This document shows, in pieces, positions 26,701 to 39,932 of a stretch of DNA of 64,000 bases; position 1 is the first letter of the stretch; each line of letters starts with the position of its first letter. Source of the stretch: Tubulanus polymorphus. Taxonomy: Eukaryota; Animalia; Nemertea. Under the pieces are notes generated by a model. It worked only from the letters and a program-made list of their open reading frames with translations, did no database searches and was not told the origin of the DNA. Location: NCBI RefSeq assembly GCF_964204645.1, contig NC_134032.1, positions 13,070,275 to 13,134,274 of the forward strand, given 5' to 3'. The translations under genes were made by a program, and so were the position numbers.

Positions 26701-29700
26701 ATTCGTAAAGATTTGAATTTTCTGCATAGACGATTAAAGCGCATTTTTCAGTTGCGTTAAGAAAGTGATGCCGCATCATTGATAGTTCGATTGCCTTCAA
26801 AATTAATCATAGCCTGAAACCATGTTTCTAATCAAACGAAAAGTGTTGAGAAAGACATCGCTCATGTCATAGTTTGTATGAACTGTGGAACTGGGTCCAT
26901 AGAATGATCCATAGAGTGCATCAACAGTGTTGTAATAAATGGTCGTATTATTCTCTTGTGTTTTGTAGCGAATTGCCGTTGAAGCGTTAATTCAAGCCTC
27001 TTCTAAGAAGGACAAATGCAGCGGTATTGTCGCACAGGCGGTTCCAATTCTGAAAGCTCTTTACAACTCCAAAAATGAATCGATCAAAGTTCGAGCTCTT
27101 GTGGTAAGTACGAAGTTCTGGTAAACAATAAGGCAGGTGCTCGCGGCCAGATTCACTTGGGGGAGCTCAAGGAGCATGTGCTCCTGTCGCAATTTTTCTG
27201 TGGCCTTTCAAAAGAGCGATAGCCCGCTGGCCGTGAATACTTGCCCATTTTAACAGTACGCACTTCTCATTTCTCTGCTCCTTTAAAGGTCTGCCCTGGT
27301 ACTGTAAACTGTGTATTCAAGCCGGTCGTTTCGGGCTTTGAAGATTTTTTTTTTACTTCTATTCTTCATTTTCTATGCAGGGTATGTGCAAGTTGGGATC
27401 GCTCGGAGGAACTGATGCCAGTTCGAAGTCTCTCGCCGAAGGATCGACATTGACATTAGCCAAAGCTTGTATCAAGTAAGTAGTTCAAAATGTCATTAGG
27501 ATTGAAATCTGAAATACTTCTGAAATGTTGACCTAAGTCCTCAGTTACTGGCGAGTTACAAGGTCTACAAAACCAGCGATGAGTGGAGTCTACTGTATTA
27601 TCATCTTGGCTGTGATTATTGATTGTAAAGTCGTCCAGTGCTGCACTGTTTTTGTGACCGGTACTGATTCTCTTCTTGTCGATTCAGGTTTTTGAAAAAT
27701 CCGGCGAAGGATGTCGATTTGCGTCGTTGGGCAACTGAAGGTCTCGCGTATTTGACGTTGGACGCCGACATCAAGGAGGAAGTAGTTAATGACACCACAG
27801 CGGTAGAATCCATAATAGACTTGTCTAAGGTGAGACGTTTTCTTCAATTAGAATTTTAGCAAGCAAACTGCCTTGAAACACCATGTTTAACATTGTGATG
27901 CCAACTACAAGATATCATAGTACTTCATCTGCCATCATTGCTGGAACAAGTTATCTCATAGTACTTCATCTTTTGAAATTGAAATTTATTTTCATTACGA
28001 TGTTACATTATTGAACGATATAATAAGTATGATTAGACGAAGGTTAATGTAACAGGATAATGGGGCTACACGGAGAGACTGAAACAGTCTATCTAAGCCG
28101 TATCACCCAGAAGCATCCACACCACATTCATCACACTCACACATCATGCACACAAGTAATTAACAGGCGAAAAGAAAAAAAAAAGTTTCACATATTACAC
28201 ATTAACATAGGTTTGTATAGAATGAAAATTTACAAAGTGTTGAATAATGATTTAATGTAGGTACGCCTAAAGGCAGGTTCGCTTTGAATAGTTTGAATTG
28301 ATTCAGATAGAGTATTCCATAATAGGGGACCGGATATTTTGACAGAAATTGTCGGAACTTCATTTGCCATCATTACTGGAACAATTTATCTCATAGTACT
28401 TCATCTGCCATCATTGCTGGAACAATTTATCTCATAGTATATCATTTGCCATTATTGTCGGAACAAGTTACCATATCTCAAAGTACTTCATCCGCCATCA
28501 TTGCTGGAACGACTTATCTCATAGTGCCTGTTCTGCCATCATTGCCACTATATGTTGTAGCTGATCCTTCTTATTCACTGTGTTTGATATTTGCACTCCT
28601 GGCGCACGGGAATGACACAGTTCCTGATGTGCTGGTAATTTGAACAAAATCTGCTTCATTTTCAATGCAGCTCTATTGCCAACTACGAGATAAACTTGTA
28701 ATAACAAAGGCTGTGAAGAAACGAACGTGTTTAGAATGTTATGTCTCACGTTTCCCATAAGTAACTTTTCTCTATCAAATATTCCAGATTCACAACAACA
28801 AACAGGTTCAGTATCCAGCCACGCAGATTTTCGTCAATCTGACCAACAGCTACGACAAGAAGGACATTATGCCGGAAATGTTGGAGTTGGCAAAGTTTGC
28901 TAAGCATCACGTACCCGAAGAACATGAAAAGGTACGATTATTATTTTTCGAGAAACTATAATTTAGATAAGATGACAGTTGAATGATACAGAGCATAGTT
29001 GCACAGTCGTGACTCCTTAAACCTTGAAATCTTAAGACTGGTCTTTCTGGATTCGCCTCGTCATTTAATTGATTTTCAGTCCCTTAATTCAAAACTATGT
29101 TCTATATGTACATTAATTGTTTCCTAATTTGTTGAAAAGGACAAAGAAGAATTCATCAAAGAACGGATTAAGAAATTGGTGTCGGCCGGAGTTAGTAGCA
29201 GTTTGGTGGCGCTTGCGTCTGGCACCGAAAGTGATAACACTAAAGAACTTATTGCGAGAGTGTTCCTAGCGATAGTAACCGAGCAGGAACACCGTGGGGT
29301 GTGCGTTCAGCAAGGAGCCGCTAAAGTGCTTCTATCTCTAGCGCTGAAAGGAACGGACATGGGACGCGTTCTCGCGTCGCAAGCTCTCGCAAAAATAGCA
29401 ATCACACTGGACCCGAAAATAGCTTTCCCCGGACAAAGGGTAAGGAAGAGTTAAACAATATGTTTTGAATACTGTCACAATGCCACATTTTGTTGATGTC
29501 CAACTGCACACTAGGGAACCTGGTGTATCCTCACTTGCTTCAAGTGCTATATCCTATCGACACAGTAGTTGATGTTCACTGCACAGTCAATGGATCCTAA
29601 CATGCCTTAAAAATGGTATTCTCTGTTACCACAAGATCTGGCACCTACCTTACTGAATCCTCGCTTGGCACTGCAGCCGTGCCAGTACTCCTTATATGAA

Positions 29701-31568
29701 GTGATGATATTCCTATTACAAATGCGGGTACATGTAAATGCAAATATTTTTGCTTGTCTTGTAGAGTTTGGAGGTCGTTCGACCGATGATTTATTTGTTA
29801 CATCCGGATTTGACGGGTTTACAGAACTTCGAAGCGTTGATGGCGCTGACGAATCTCTCTTCAATGAATGACAGCGTTAGGTATGGCAGCGTCTTCGCAT
29901 TGATTCGCCGATCGTTCTATGTTGGAATTATCTACCATCTGAAATCTGGTTTATATTTTTTTTCTTCAGAAATCGAATCGTCCAAGAGAAAGGTCTGTCG
30001 AAGATCGAGAATTATATGTTTGAGGATCATGAAATGTTACGCAAGGCGTCTACTCAATGTATCTGTAACATGGTGCTTAACAAAGATGTACGTACAGCGA
30101 CAGTATTAATACAACTTTCATCATCCCAGTCAACACCTGATTCCCAGAAAATTATGGTTAACCTGATGATGAAGCTGGTTCTTTGATAGATCTTGTACTG
30201 GTATTAACCTGCAGAACCAGTCCCAACAGACATGTACAATCGTTTTACCATTGTTGTTTGGAGTGCTGATCAAATCTCTAATGTCTAGTGTTTTTAGTTC
30301 ATTTTCAATTAAAAAATGTCCCGGCCGAAGTCCCGAACACACGTGATGCCTGAACTACCGATAATTTAAACTATTAAATTTCTCTGAAAAGGGTATTTAG
30401 AAAAATGATGTCCATGTCGTATCTTCTGTTGGCAGGTTCAGAAATTGTTTTGCGGAGAAAATGACCGCGTAAAAATGTTACTACTGATGTGTGGTTCCGA
30501 CGACGAGGATGATGAAGATCTGATAATCGCCGCTAGTGGAGCTCTCGCTATTCTGTCCGCTGCTGAAGAGGAAATTGTCCATAGAATAATGAAGGTACAT
30601 GATGATATACATGTGCATTTATATTTTATTAGGTGTTCATGAATTATTGCGTCAAACTGTTTATTTAATCAGGTTGGTTTAATCGGGATTTAATCAGTCA
30701 AATTATTTAGTTCGGTCTACAGCAAACTCACTTTACCCCTGGGTCAATTGCCTCGGATTTTGCTCCGAAACAATGCTGTTGTATTTGATATCGGTGCTGG
30801 GTAGCTATCCTACTTGCTGCGTACTACAGTCAATCGTGAGGTTAAACCAATATGGTTATAATGACCCATTACTCCAAGGCAAGCCCGGTCTTCAGTACAG
30901 TCATGTGGATTCTCATAAACAGGATTACCGTAATCTTGTTGGTCCCAAATGATCTGAATTTTCAGATCATTTGGTTCTTCCGTATAAGACTTAGAAAATA
31001 AGTAACGAATTAATCCTTTCAGTGCATCGACACCGCAGTGCAGTGTATAAATCAGTGATAAATTTTGCTAGTACACTGCACTGCTGTGTATTGATAGTTA
31101 ACATAGTGAAATACTAGTAACTAACGATACACCACTCTGCAGTGTAGACTCACTACAGTGGTATTCCCGTTATTCAACACACTAGGGTGGAATTATTGAA
31201 CATTTTCAAATTATCTCCAGCACTATAGGGTATTAATTAGTCAGCACTGAAAGGGTTAAGAAATAAACTGTCTGTCCTTGAATGTATTTCAGGTGAAAAG
31301 CTGGTTGGAGGTGCTGGCGTTGTTGTGCGCGAATGAACGAATCGGTATTCAATACCGCGGCGTTTACATCGTGCGCAATATCATGCTCACGTCGAAGGAA
31401 TGCGCGCAGAAACTCGTCGAAAGCAGCATGTTGGAAGTGTTAATGGCCGTGTCAAAACTGGACCGTCCCGATCAAAAACAGGCCAGGGACACGGCGACCG
31501 AGGCGTTGAAGTGCGCGCAGGATATGGGTTTGATAGCTCCGGCGGAATCCGTGGAGAAAGAGAAATGA
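20787..31568 (+). CDS. unc-45: UNC-45 myosin chaperone (TPR, central and UCS domains), ~946 aa
   Basis: 18 phase-consistent exons: 20787-20798, 21358-21556, 22761-22936, 23375-23464, 23723-23887, 24677-24890, 25316-25483, 25896-26064, 26349-26511, 26969-27103, 27381-27475, 27688-27829, 28788-28931, 29140-29439, 29765-29880, 29970-30087, 30436-30594, 31293-31568. TPR motifs ([25 protein letters not shown]); UNC-45 signatures [64 protein letters not shown]. Confidence 0.96.
22355..22700. mobile_element. Two ~100-bp MITEs (22355-22456 and 22593-22700)
   Basis: TIRs GG(C/T)CCAGTTCCACAG / CTGTGGAACTGG, each flanked by CTG; the two copies are in opposite orientation. Confidence 0.65.
23488..23662. 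repeat. Abundant dispersed/tandem ~90-100-bp repeat
   Basis: AATGTCTGGTGTTTGTAGTTCATTTTCAATTGAAAATGTCTCAGGTGAAGTCCTGAACAC; also ~4378-4468, 13588-13650, 30260-30345, 32160-32250, 35190-35235 and 36880-37075. Confidence 0.75.
24894..25236. mobile_element. Probable Tc1/mariner-type non-autonomous element with internal ~72-bp tandem repeats
   Basis: TA-CAGTAA...TTACTG-TA ends; three internal units CCCTTAATGAACAC.CGAACACCTGTCCA...CACTCCACAACAAACACCCC. TIR match is short. Confidence 0.45.
27972..28355 (-). mobile_element. 5'-truncated LINE (CR1/L2 group) 3' end
   Basis: Minus strand encodes [38 protein letters not shown] (stop 28230-28232), typical of an ORF2 C-terminus, then a 3' UTR ending AATAAATTTCAATTTCAAA; the same 3' UTR occurs on + at ~258-368. 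Confidence 0.7.
28358..28548. repeat. ~41-43-bp tandem repeat, continued from 27916-27971 across the LINE insertion
   Basis: Unit CATAGTACTTCATCTGCCATCATTGCTGGAACAAKTTATCT. Confidence 0.85.
31014..31255. mobile_element. piggyBac-type MITE, second copy
   Basis: TTAA on both sides; highly similar to 5458-5745 with an internal deletion. Confidence 0.75.
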
Positions 31569-34157
31569 TGAAACAACGACAGAGAATAGATAGAGAAAGA
31601 ATGATATTAATAATACAGTATACTGCAATCAAGCCGCACTTTTTGGGACCATAAAAACGTGTCCGACTTGTTGTATGTTATGTATTTCAGTGTCACAAAA
31701 ATATTTCAACAGACTAGTTGAACATTCAGATCGGACTCAAGCAGAGTCTACTGTACTTGGTCCTCTTGATTACCTGCCACCCTCAAGCTTTCACCTAAAT
31801 GTTTTATCCCTGGTTACAAAAATTTAGTTGTCAATTAAAATGATGTTCAGTTATCCGCTGTCCTCGGTTATCGACCGACTAGTCAGCGGTCCTAACAGTG
31901 GCAGATTATCAAGAGTTTCGCCTGTAGCATTGTGTGAAGCATTTGAAATTTGAGTGACATTGCATGCTAGATCTGTTCACTTTACAGCCTCGAAACCAAC
32001 AGCCCTCTTTATTTGTTTGTTTTTTTTTCGATTGAAAATGTCTCTGATGGAATCATGAACACAGTAGTTTGTGGTCTTCACCAACCTCTTGGTTATTTAT
32101 CTGATCTAGAGCTTCTGTCTGGTTTAACCGACTTTGTATAATGCCTGGACTTGCAGTTTTTGAAAGTTTGCTGATCAAGTATTATGTCTGTGTGATTCAT
32201 TTTCAAATGAGAAATGTCTATGAAGTCCTGAACATCATATGTGAAGTCTAGATGGATGAATAATCATAGAATAGTCAACCTTCAATATATCGCCCCCTGA
32301 TAAACCACCATCTCCGCCAAACGCCAGGTGTTTTTCAAGGAACAAAAATCGGTATCTTTAATCTTGGAAGTAATCTAAATTGTAAGAAGTAATCAAAATT
32401 GTAAATCACCTGTGGGCGGTAAGTCAGGGGTTGAATGTATATGCTAGATGGAGGTCCATCGGCGCTGCAGATTTATATTTCTACTGTCATTGAAGACCAT
32501 GGCCAAAGATGTGATTTGCTAGTTGGCATGTGGTTCGTATAGTTGGTGCTTCTTTTATAAGAAAAGAATGGTGCTATTATTAATTAAGAAAAGAAACATT
32601 TTGTACATACACATATTAATTTATGTAATAAATATGGCCCCATTTGTTCACCTATAACTTAATTATTTATCAACTGATAGCAGTTGCGCTGCCGGTACCT
32701 TGTAGTTTAGTTCTTATTTTTGCAAAGTTTTGTATCCCCGACCCTTGTTTTCCCCTTGTCCATTGCTGATTTCTTATGACTTTTGAAATAAATACAAGTA
32801 CGTATACTGCATACAGTGTATGATCATTTTATCACAAATAAATCTTGAGTTGTACATTCTTCACAGTCGAGCCCGTATTTTTGAAATCACATGAATATAT
32901 TGTGCCCTTTAATAGTGGTGTGGTAGTTGGACTATTCACGGCCTCGGATCGGACGCTTCATCGGTAATTAAAAACCCCTGAATACTGGAAGATGTGTACA
33001 CTGACTATGGTTAGTTGTAATCGTTGGTGGTAAGTTATAATCGGATGGGCTTGTCGATACCAAACACAAGGTTACTGTGTGTGAATATACCCGATGAAAA
33101 TATAGCACCACGGACAGGTTGTACTAAACATAAGCAGATAAGTGGAATATCCACAGGGGCTCCGGTCGTATCGGAGTTGTAGGTAGTGTAAAAACAATTG
33201 GATTACGAAAACAGATCATCGTTTTTAAAATCAAAGGTTAGCATTGAACTCGCGGACATCCACGAAGTGAATCGAAGCTAGCTGCATCTCTAGGCGGGCA
33301 CCTGTCTACGACACCAGATCGTTCGCCCCTGGAATGCAGTCAAGCGAAACCGATGCAGAACATTTCAAAATTTGAACCTTGCGCCCACCTGGTGGGCCAC
33401 TCTAAAATATTGAATCAATTGTTGAAACAGCGAATTGAGAATTCTTCCTGTATATTCATGTATATGGAACATCTTTCTTAATAACAATGAATTGAGACTA
33501 AAGCTTATATCATCTAGCCGTAAAAAGCAATAGCCAACGTGCTAGTTCAAATTTACGCTAGGTTGTTTCAGGAAATCATGAGATTCCAGCTTTTCTGGTG
33601 CATGGTTCAGTTACCAATTCAAATGGAATTTTATTGTGCAAATGATAATCGAGCAATTCAATTCAATTGTAATTTTGTTATCACCAAAACGAATGGAATT
33701 TCCGATACCTCTTCTTTAAAACTGGATTCGGTCCCCAATAGCAACGGCACTGGTATGTGCGTGACACTAAAACGGTCGTCGCACCAAGGAGGGGACGTCC
33801 CAAATAATGAAATAACCAATTTCTAAATTCTGACGCATGATTTTTTTTCATGCCCTTATATAGTGATAGATTATAGTCATGTGGGTCACCAGTCGGTCGC
33901 TGCATTGTGTTAGCTGCATATAATATTCCGGTACAATTCAGCCGACGATCACGATTGATTATACTATACTTTGGTCGCACACACACATACGCACACACAG
34001 GCTTTCAACACTACGATAGGAAGCCACCATATACGGAGACAAGAGGCCAAGGTTCACTTTACCGACACACAGCCATTTGAGCAGACGTATACGCCCACCG
34101 CTCGTTCTTCGGTTAGGATATTTAGCAGTTTCCCGTGGACAACTATCACTTTTCAAA

Positions 34158-35009
34158 ATGGTACGTAAAACTATATTGTAAAAACGATGTATTTGATGTG
34201 TAAATTTGAGTGTGTGTCTAGGATTTTAGCTGCTTTGACAGTGAAGAAATTAGAATAATGCGGTAGGCATTACAGTGTAGCAAACTGTATACGGGACATA
34301 TAAGGTAGGCCTAATGAAGAATGTCGGTATATTCCAATATATATTTGCAGAAATGTAGAACATTTGGTATTTGTATTAGTACAACATATTTGCATATAAA
34401 CATGTATATATTTATTGAATTCTGGGGTATGCTGTTCTAGTAAAATGTGGCAAATAGATTTGCCGACGGCAGATACTGTAAGTTTGTACTTGATGTCCAT
34501 TAAAATTAACTACGTATACCTTCGAACCGTAATATTTTTACTTTTACTTTGTAATCATCGACAATAGGCCTGCATTTAATGAAAAAACTACAACAGCACA
34601 TTCTTTTCACTGGAATTTTATGTCCTATGTACCCGGAAATAAGGTTCCATGGCTAAAAGCTTCGTATAGTTGAGTATTGTGTCCTTATATGGAATTAACT
34701 TTTCACTGGAATGCTATTATTTTATGAACGGGTTTGTGTGTATATGCAGGCCTGTGCCGAGCTTTTTCGAGAGGCAGCTATAAGGGCATTTTTCACCATG
34801 GGTATCTGAATAAATCATTACTTTTCATCCAAATTTCGAAAGATCATGACCCAACTTTTTGCCCCTGATTTCTTGAAGGGCACTTGGAAAATGTTAGGGG
34901 GTTTCGTTCGCTACCCCCACCCCTACTCGGCACGGGCCTGAGTTAATGGAGTCAAAGGACTGGGCTATTATACATCTATTTTTATATGTCACCTTATCAG
35001 TGTAAATGA

Positions 35010-35046
<37 letters not shown>

Positions 35047-37468
35047 AATAAATTTGATGGTTAAATTAAGCAATGTTTCATTTGATAAGCCAGTAATTGC
35101 AAGTATGAATCTACACCTGGATCCCCCTTCAGACATACACCATTGTAGTCTCGACGATCACATTTTGAAAATGTACCGATTAAAATGACTCATGTCTGGT
35201 GTTTGAAGTTGATTTTCAATTAAAAATGTCTGGTGATGTGGAAACCTGATGATGATTTAGCCTATATTTGAATTTCTGAAAGGGTGGTCCAAAGACTGGT
35301 AATACCTAGAATTATGTTCTATGTTTTCTCTTATCATTCAGAGTCGCCTTATTTTCAGGCCACACAACACCTGCATAACTTGGCAAAAAGTGACACGTTT
35401 CTCCTGATCAACCGGGTCATTTAGTATAACCTCAATGAAATTTTTAATTAGTTCATTTCTATAGCTGCCTGTTGTGGTTAACTTGATCATGATTTTAAAA
35501 AGAATGTAATGTAGGGCTTACAGGGTTGATAGGCGGCCGGCCGGGTCAACAGAAACGATAAACAAGGTATCAACTTTTTCGCCTTAAACATGAACAATAA
35601 AAAGAACGACATGGCATTTAATCATGGCTTACAAAACCAGGAAGTATAATGGAACCGATGGCACATCATTTGCCAGTGGTTTCGAATCTTGCCAGTCATA
35701 TATGAATATGGGAACTTAGGCCAAAAAAAATTGATACCTTGTTTCTCCGCTCTGCTGAGCTTAAATGTTGACCCGGCCGGCCGCCTATCTACCCTATACA
35801 TTACTTTTTTTTAAATCGTGATCAATTTCACCATAACAGACCCGGCCGCTATAGAAATGAACTGTTTATAAATTTTATCATATTTTACAAAAATGACCCG
35901 GCCGCTGCGGAGAAACAAGGTATCATTTTTGTTTAGCCTAATAATAATGAGTCTTATGGTAATTCTAAATTAAATCACCGGGCTGTATGTAATTTAAACG
36001 GAAATATTTTGGTTTTATTTCTTTGAAGAGTTTATCTGGAGTTGCAGTAAACCCGGAGTGTGTAACCACCTACGAAGAGACAAAATCACAGACTGGAGAA
36101 CTGGCTTTCGCTATTTACAAGATAGTCGATGGTGAATTCGTCGTGCATCACTCATTTCCAAGATCAGAATTGCGTAAGCTTATTTTTATTCGAAAGTCCG
36201 TAAGGAATAAAGAATAGGAACCGGAAATGTTAGCTCATGCGAGGAAACATAAGGCTTAACAAAAATGATACCTTGTTTCTCCGCAGCGGCCGGGTCATTT
36301 TTGTAAAATATGATAAAAATTTATAAACAGTTCATTTCTATAGCGGCCGGGTCTGTTATGGTGAAATTGATCACGATTTTAAAAAAAGTAATGTATAGGG
36401 TAGATAGGCGGCCGGCCGGGTTAACATTTAAACTCAGCAGAGCGGAGAAACAAGGTATCAATTTTTTTTGGCCTAATATAAGACTGTTTTTACTTTCTTA
36501 GTTTGGGGTTTTCATATAACGGTTAAAACATGGCATTTATTGTTTCGTCAATAGTTGACAGTCTAAGGGGAAGGGGAACGCGGCAAAGTCTGGCAATGCG
36601 CGCACGATTGCTAGATAGATAACTTTCATTTCCCAATTCTATAGTTACAGATGAGACTTCGTTTGACAAATTCCACAAGTACCTGACGGATAACCTTAAA
36701 ACGCCCTTCTACGCATCTCTGGTCGTCAAATCCAATAGAGTAAAGGAAGGACGTATCGTTGAGAAGATGATTTTCATTACTTAGTGAGTAAAACTGATCG
36801 ATTGACTTTCACTGTCTATGTCAAATGCAAGTATAACTTAACCCTCTTTAACTCACACCCCTTCGGACATTCACTATGGCGAAGTGTCGAAAGTGTGCCG
36901 ATAAAATGTCTTATACATGGTATTGTAGTTCGTTTTCTATTGAAATTGTCTTGGGTGAAGTCCTGAACACCTGTGAAGTGTGGACGATTAATTTTAGAAA
37001 ATGTGTTGATAAGATGTCTAATATCCGATGTTTGTAAAGTGTAGTTCATTTTCGGTTCGAAAAGTGAAGTCTTGTACGCATTAGTTGTCGAATAAACACT
37101 ATAATAATCCGTGTATACTGCAGATAAATGAAGAAATCCCGCACAAGCGCGTGTCTGGACAAAGTTTGGAATAATACATTTTGTAATGACGAAGTTCGCA
37201 ATGTTTATGGTGCAATATGATTAATTTCTGCGTTGATAGAATGATTGGTTAGAGTTTTTTGTGTTCGGTATTATTTACTACTATCATCGGTGTCTTTATT
37301 TGCAGCATACCCGAAAACCACTGTTCAATTAAGGAGAAGATGTTGTACTCTTCGTCGAAAGATGCTTTGAAAAAGGCGGTCAGCTCATTTAATATCGAAA
37401 TTCACGCCAACGACGAAGATGCCCTTGAACCGGAAGAAGTGCAGGACCGTGTAGAGAAAGCTAAATAA
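34158..37468 (+). CDS. Divergent ADF/cofilin-family actin-depolymerising factor, ~149 aa
   Basis: Exons 34158-34160 (ATG only, CAAAATG|GTACGT, the usual ADF/cofilin layout), 36029-36173 (SLSGVAVNPECVTTYEE...FAIYKI), 36645-36783 (KMIFITY), 37306-37468 (IPENHCSIKEKMLYSSSKDALKK...IHANDEDAL). Phases are consistent. Confidence 0.88.
34683..34692 (+). promoter_or_regulatory. CArG box (SRF site) in cofilin intron 1
   Basis: Perfect CC(A/T)6GG: CCTTATATGG; a one-mismatch CArG (CCATATACGG) lies at 34027-34036, just upstream of exon 1. Confidence 0.45.
35719..35938. mobile_element. ~220-bp MITE (PIF/Harbinger Tourist-like)
   Basis: TIRs GGC..AAAAATGATACCTTGTTTCTCCGC; TTA/TAA flanks; reverse complement of the copy at 36253-36473. 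Confidence 0.85.
36253..36473. mobile_element. ~220-bp MITE, same family, inverted relative to 35719-35938
   Basis: TAA target duplication on both sides; same TIRs. Confidence 0.85.
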
Positions 37469-38213
37469 GAAAATCGACTTCGTGTAACGGCGTATATTAT
37501 GTGAATACTATTTGTAATCAATATTTGCCACAGGGTTGGTTGCATAAGATTCGTTCATAAAAAGTTGCCCAAACTGTTTATGCGAATGTATATCAACCTT
37601 AATTGCCTGCGTACGCTGTAAACCGGTATTCCATATTGTAATATTATTTAAATGGTTCAAGTCTATTATAACGCCAACGCGCTGGACGAAAAAATCAACA
37701 CGTTGACGATTATGGCGCTCATGTATGAATTCATTGAATTTTAGCTAAATGCGCCTCCAGACATCGCCATTTTAGTGTCTTGACGATTACTTACGTTCTT
37801 TTCTCAGAGGCGAAGCTGGGCGATCGAAAATGGCGATGTCCAGGAAACGGATTGATAGTCACTAAAGGACGATGGCGTCGTAACAGACTTTGACTGGGAA
37901 TATTAACAATTCATAATTAATGATGATTTATAATTATCACTGATGTAATTTTTTTCGTAAAAAACATACTTTATACAATAGATGAATTAGGAATATCAAA
38001 CGAATTGATTGTAAAATTATGAGTAAGGCTTACAGTACTAATACACATAAATTAACGAGCTTAACCATGTACGAACGTCGTTAATGATAACTATTTGCTA
38101 CTGTTACTGCTGATTCTGCTGTTTATAAAGCGGGTATACATACACCGGGAATATGTTTAGAATATTGAGAAATACAATATAAACGATAAAGAAAATGTGC
38201 GTTAATTCGTTAA

Positions 38214-38433
38214 GGCTAAACAAGAATGATACCTTGTTTCTCCGCAGCGGCCGGGTCATTTTTGTAAAATATGATGAAATTTATAAACAGTTCATTTCTA
38301 TAGCGGCCGGGTCTATTATGGTAAAATTGATCACGATTTTAAAAAAAGTAATTTATAGGGTAGATAGGCGGCCGGCCGGGTCAACATTTAAGCTCAGCAG
38401 AGCGGAGAAACAAGGTATCAATTTTTTTTAGCC
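38214..38433. mobile_element. ~220-bp MITE, same family
   Basis: TAA target duplication; near-identical to 36253-36473. More diverged copies at ~2542-2737 and ~35380-35585. Confidence 0.85.
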
Positions 38434-39722
38434 TAATGTTTCATTTTTAAACTCGCTTGCCGCTGTATCATTTCTTCGTTTAATACGCGTACTTCGTTTT
38501 CGATTGAAATGCCGCGATCAAGCCTGGACAATCGCAAATTATGGAAATAGTGACGATATTGAAATTATGTCTTGTATCACTCCTTGATAGTAACCTATTC
38601 TAAGTGTCCTCAATTCGAAACGACCTCATGTGAAAACAGACGTGACGGATGTGAAGACCTAATCAATCACAAGTAAGAAGTATGGTTATGACGCGGCGTC
38701 TAATTTAAATTCCATTTTTATAATTTTCAATTAGGTAAGTATATATCAGGTGATGTCCGGTGAAGTCACGTTATTAAGCCTGGACGACCAGAGATTGTAA
38801 AAACCGGTGATAAAGTATCGTATGTCCACTAGACTATCACTGATGATACGGTATCAGCAACATTGCTGACATATGTAATCCAATACAGATTTATTGGTTC
38901 AAAATATGAATAATTAGTCAAAATATCTAACAATACATTGGAAAATACAATAAAAAGCAGTAAAATAAACGATCATATAATCTTAGGAAAGAAACGCACG
39001 AAAAATGCGAATACCAGTATATTTATAAAGAAGAGCCTTGTAGTTGGGAGCTTGACTACACCTACGAGCAATTATCTGAACTTATCTCAACTTATCTTGA
39101 GATAATTGCTCGTAGAGTACACTGAATCGTATCATTATAATGTAGTACATGTAGTAGAATTATCGGACAAAAAGGGGATTCGAACCTACTTTCAGTTAGA
39201 GTTCGCAGAAAATAAACAAGGTAAGAATATAATAACATTTCAGGAAGACGACTATCAGACAAAAAGACGACCGTTGAAATTGACAAACTATATACATTGG
39301 CAGTCAAACTTGATGGCCATTTCGTTGTTGAGTTTGAAAAATATATGATGACTTAAACAATATGACGTGACGACTTACTGAGTTTGACCGGGGACGGAAC
39401 CGTGTGGTACATATTAAGCCATATAATAAGAAGCCGATTTTCATGTTTACGGCTTTAAGTAAGTAAGCTTTAAGTTTCTTACATTTTGAGAAAAGCCATT
39501 TACGACCATGTACTGGCAGTTTGGTTTTAAATGAAACGGGTACGGGATACTGCGTTCTCTACTCAGGTCGGATCCAGGTCATAAATAGAAGATGAGCTGC
39601 AAGTATAATGTAACATCCAACTCGGATATCATTCTCAAGTCAAAAGATCCAACTTATTGAGCAGTCTACTGATCACAATGAATCCGAGCATTACCAAAAT
39701 AATGACACTGCAGAGGTGGCGG

Positions 39723-39932
39723 TCAAAATTTCGAAATCTGGTCCTTACCGTCGTCTACGATACCAACGTCCTTGGAAACGGTAGAAACCTCCGCGACGCT
39801 TTCACCGAGCGCATCCTGCGAGTCGGACGAACATATAGGTGGCTTATATAAACGAGCAATGCCACAACGAAGAAAAATAGCGTGAGAAGGCCTAAACCTA
39901 GACCCAGCCCGAATATCGTGAATCTCATCTGT
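39723..39932 (-). pseudogene. Truncated, frameshifted duplicate of the SLCO last exon, within a ~1.4-1.5 kb tandem duplication (38437-39929 vs 39930-41339)
   Basis: Matches 41123-41339 (TIFGLGLGLGLLTLFFFVVALLVY) but has a 2-bp insertion (GCTTATATAAAC vs GCTTATAAAC), a small deletion, and no 5' part of the exon or acceptor. Confidence 0.85.

Noticed and set aside
38195-38431. Duplicated ORFs at 36310-36501 and 38195-38431 as a small gene family
   Set aside because: Both lie inside copies of the same non-coding MITE.
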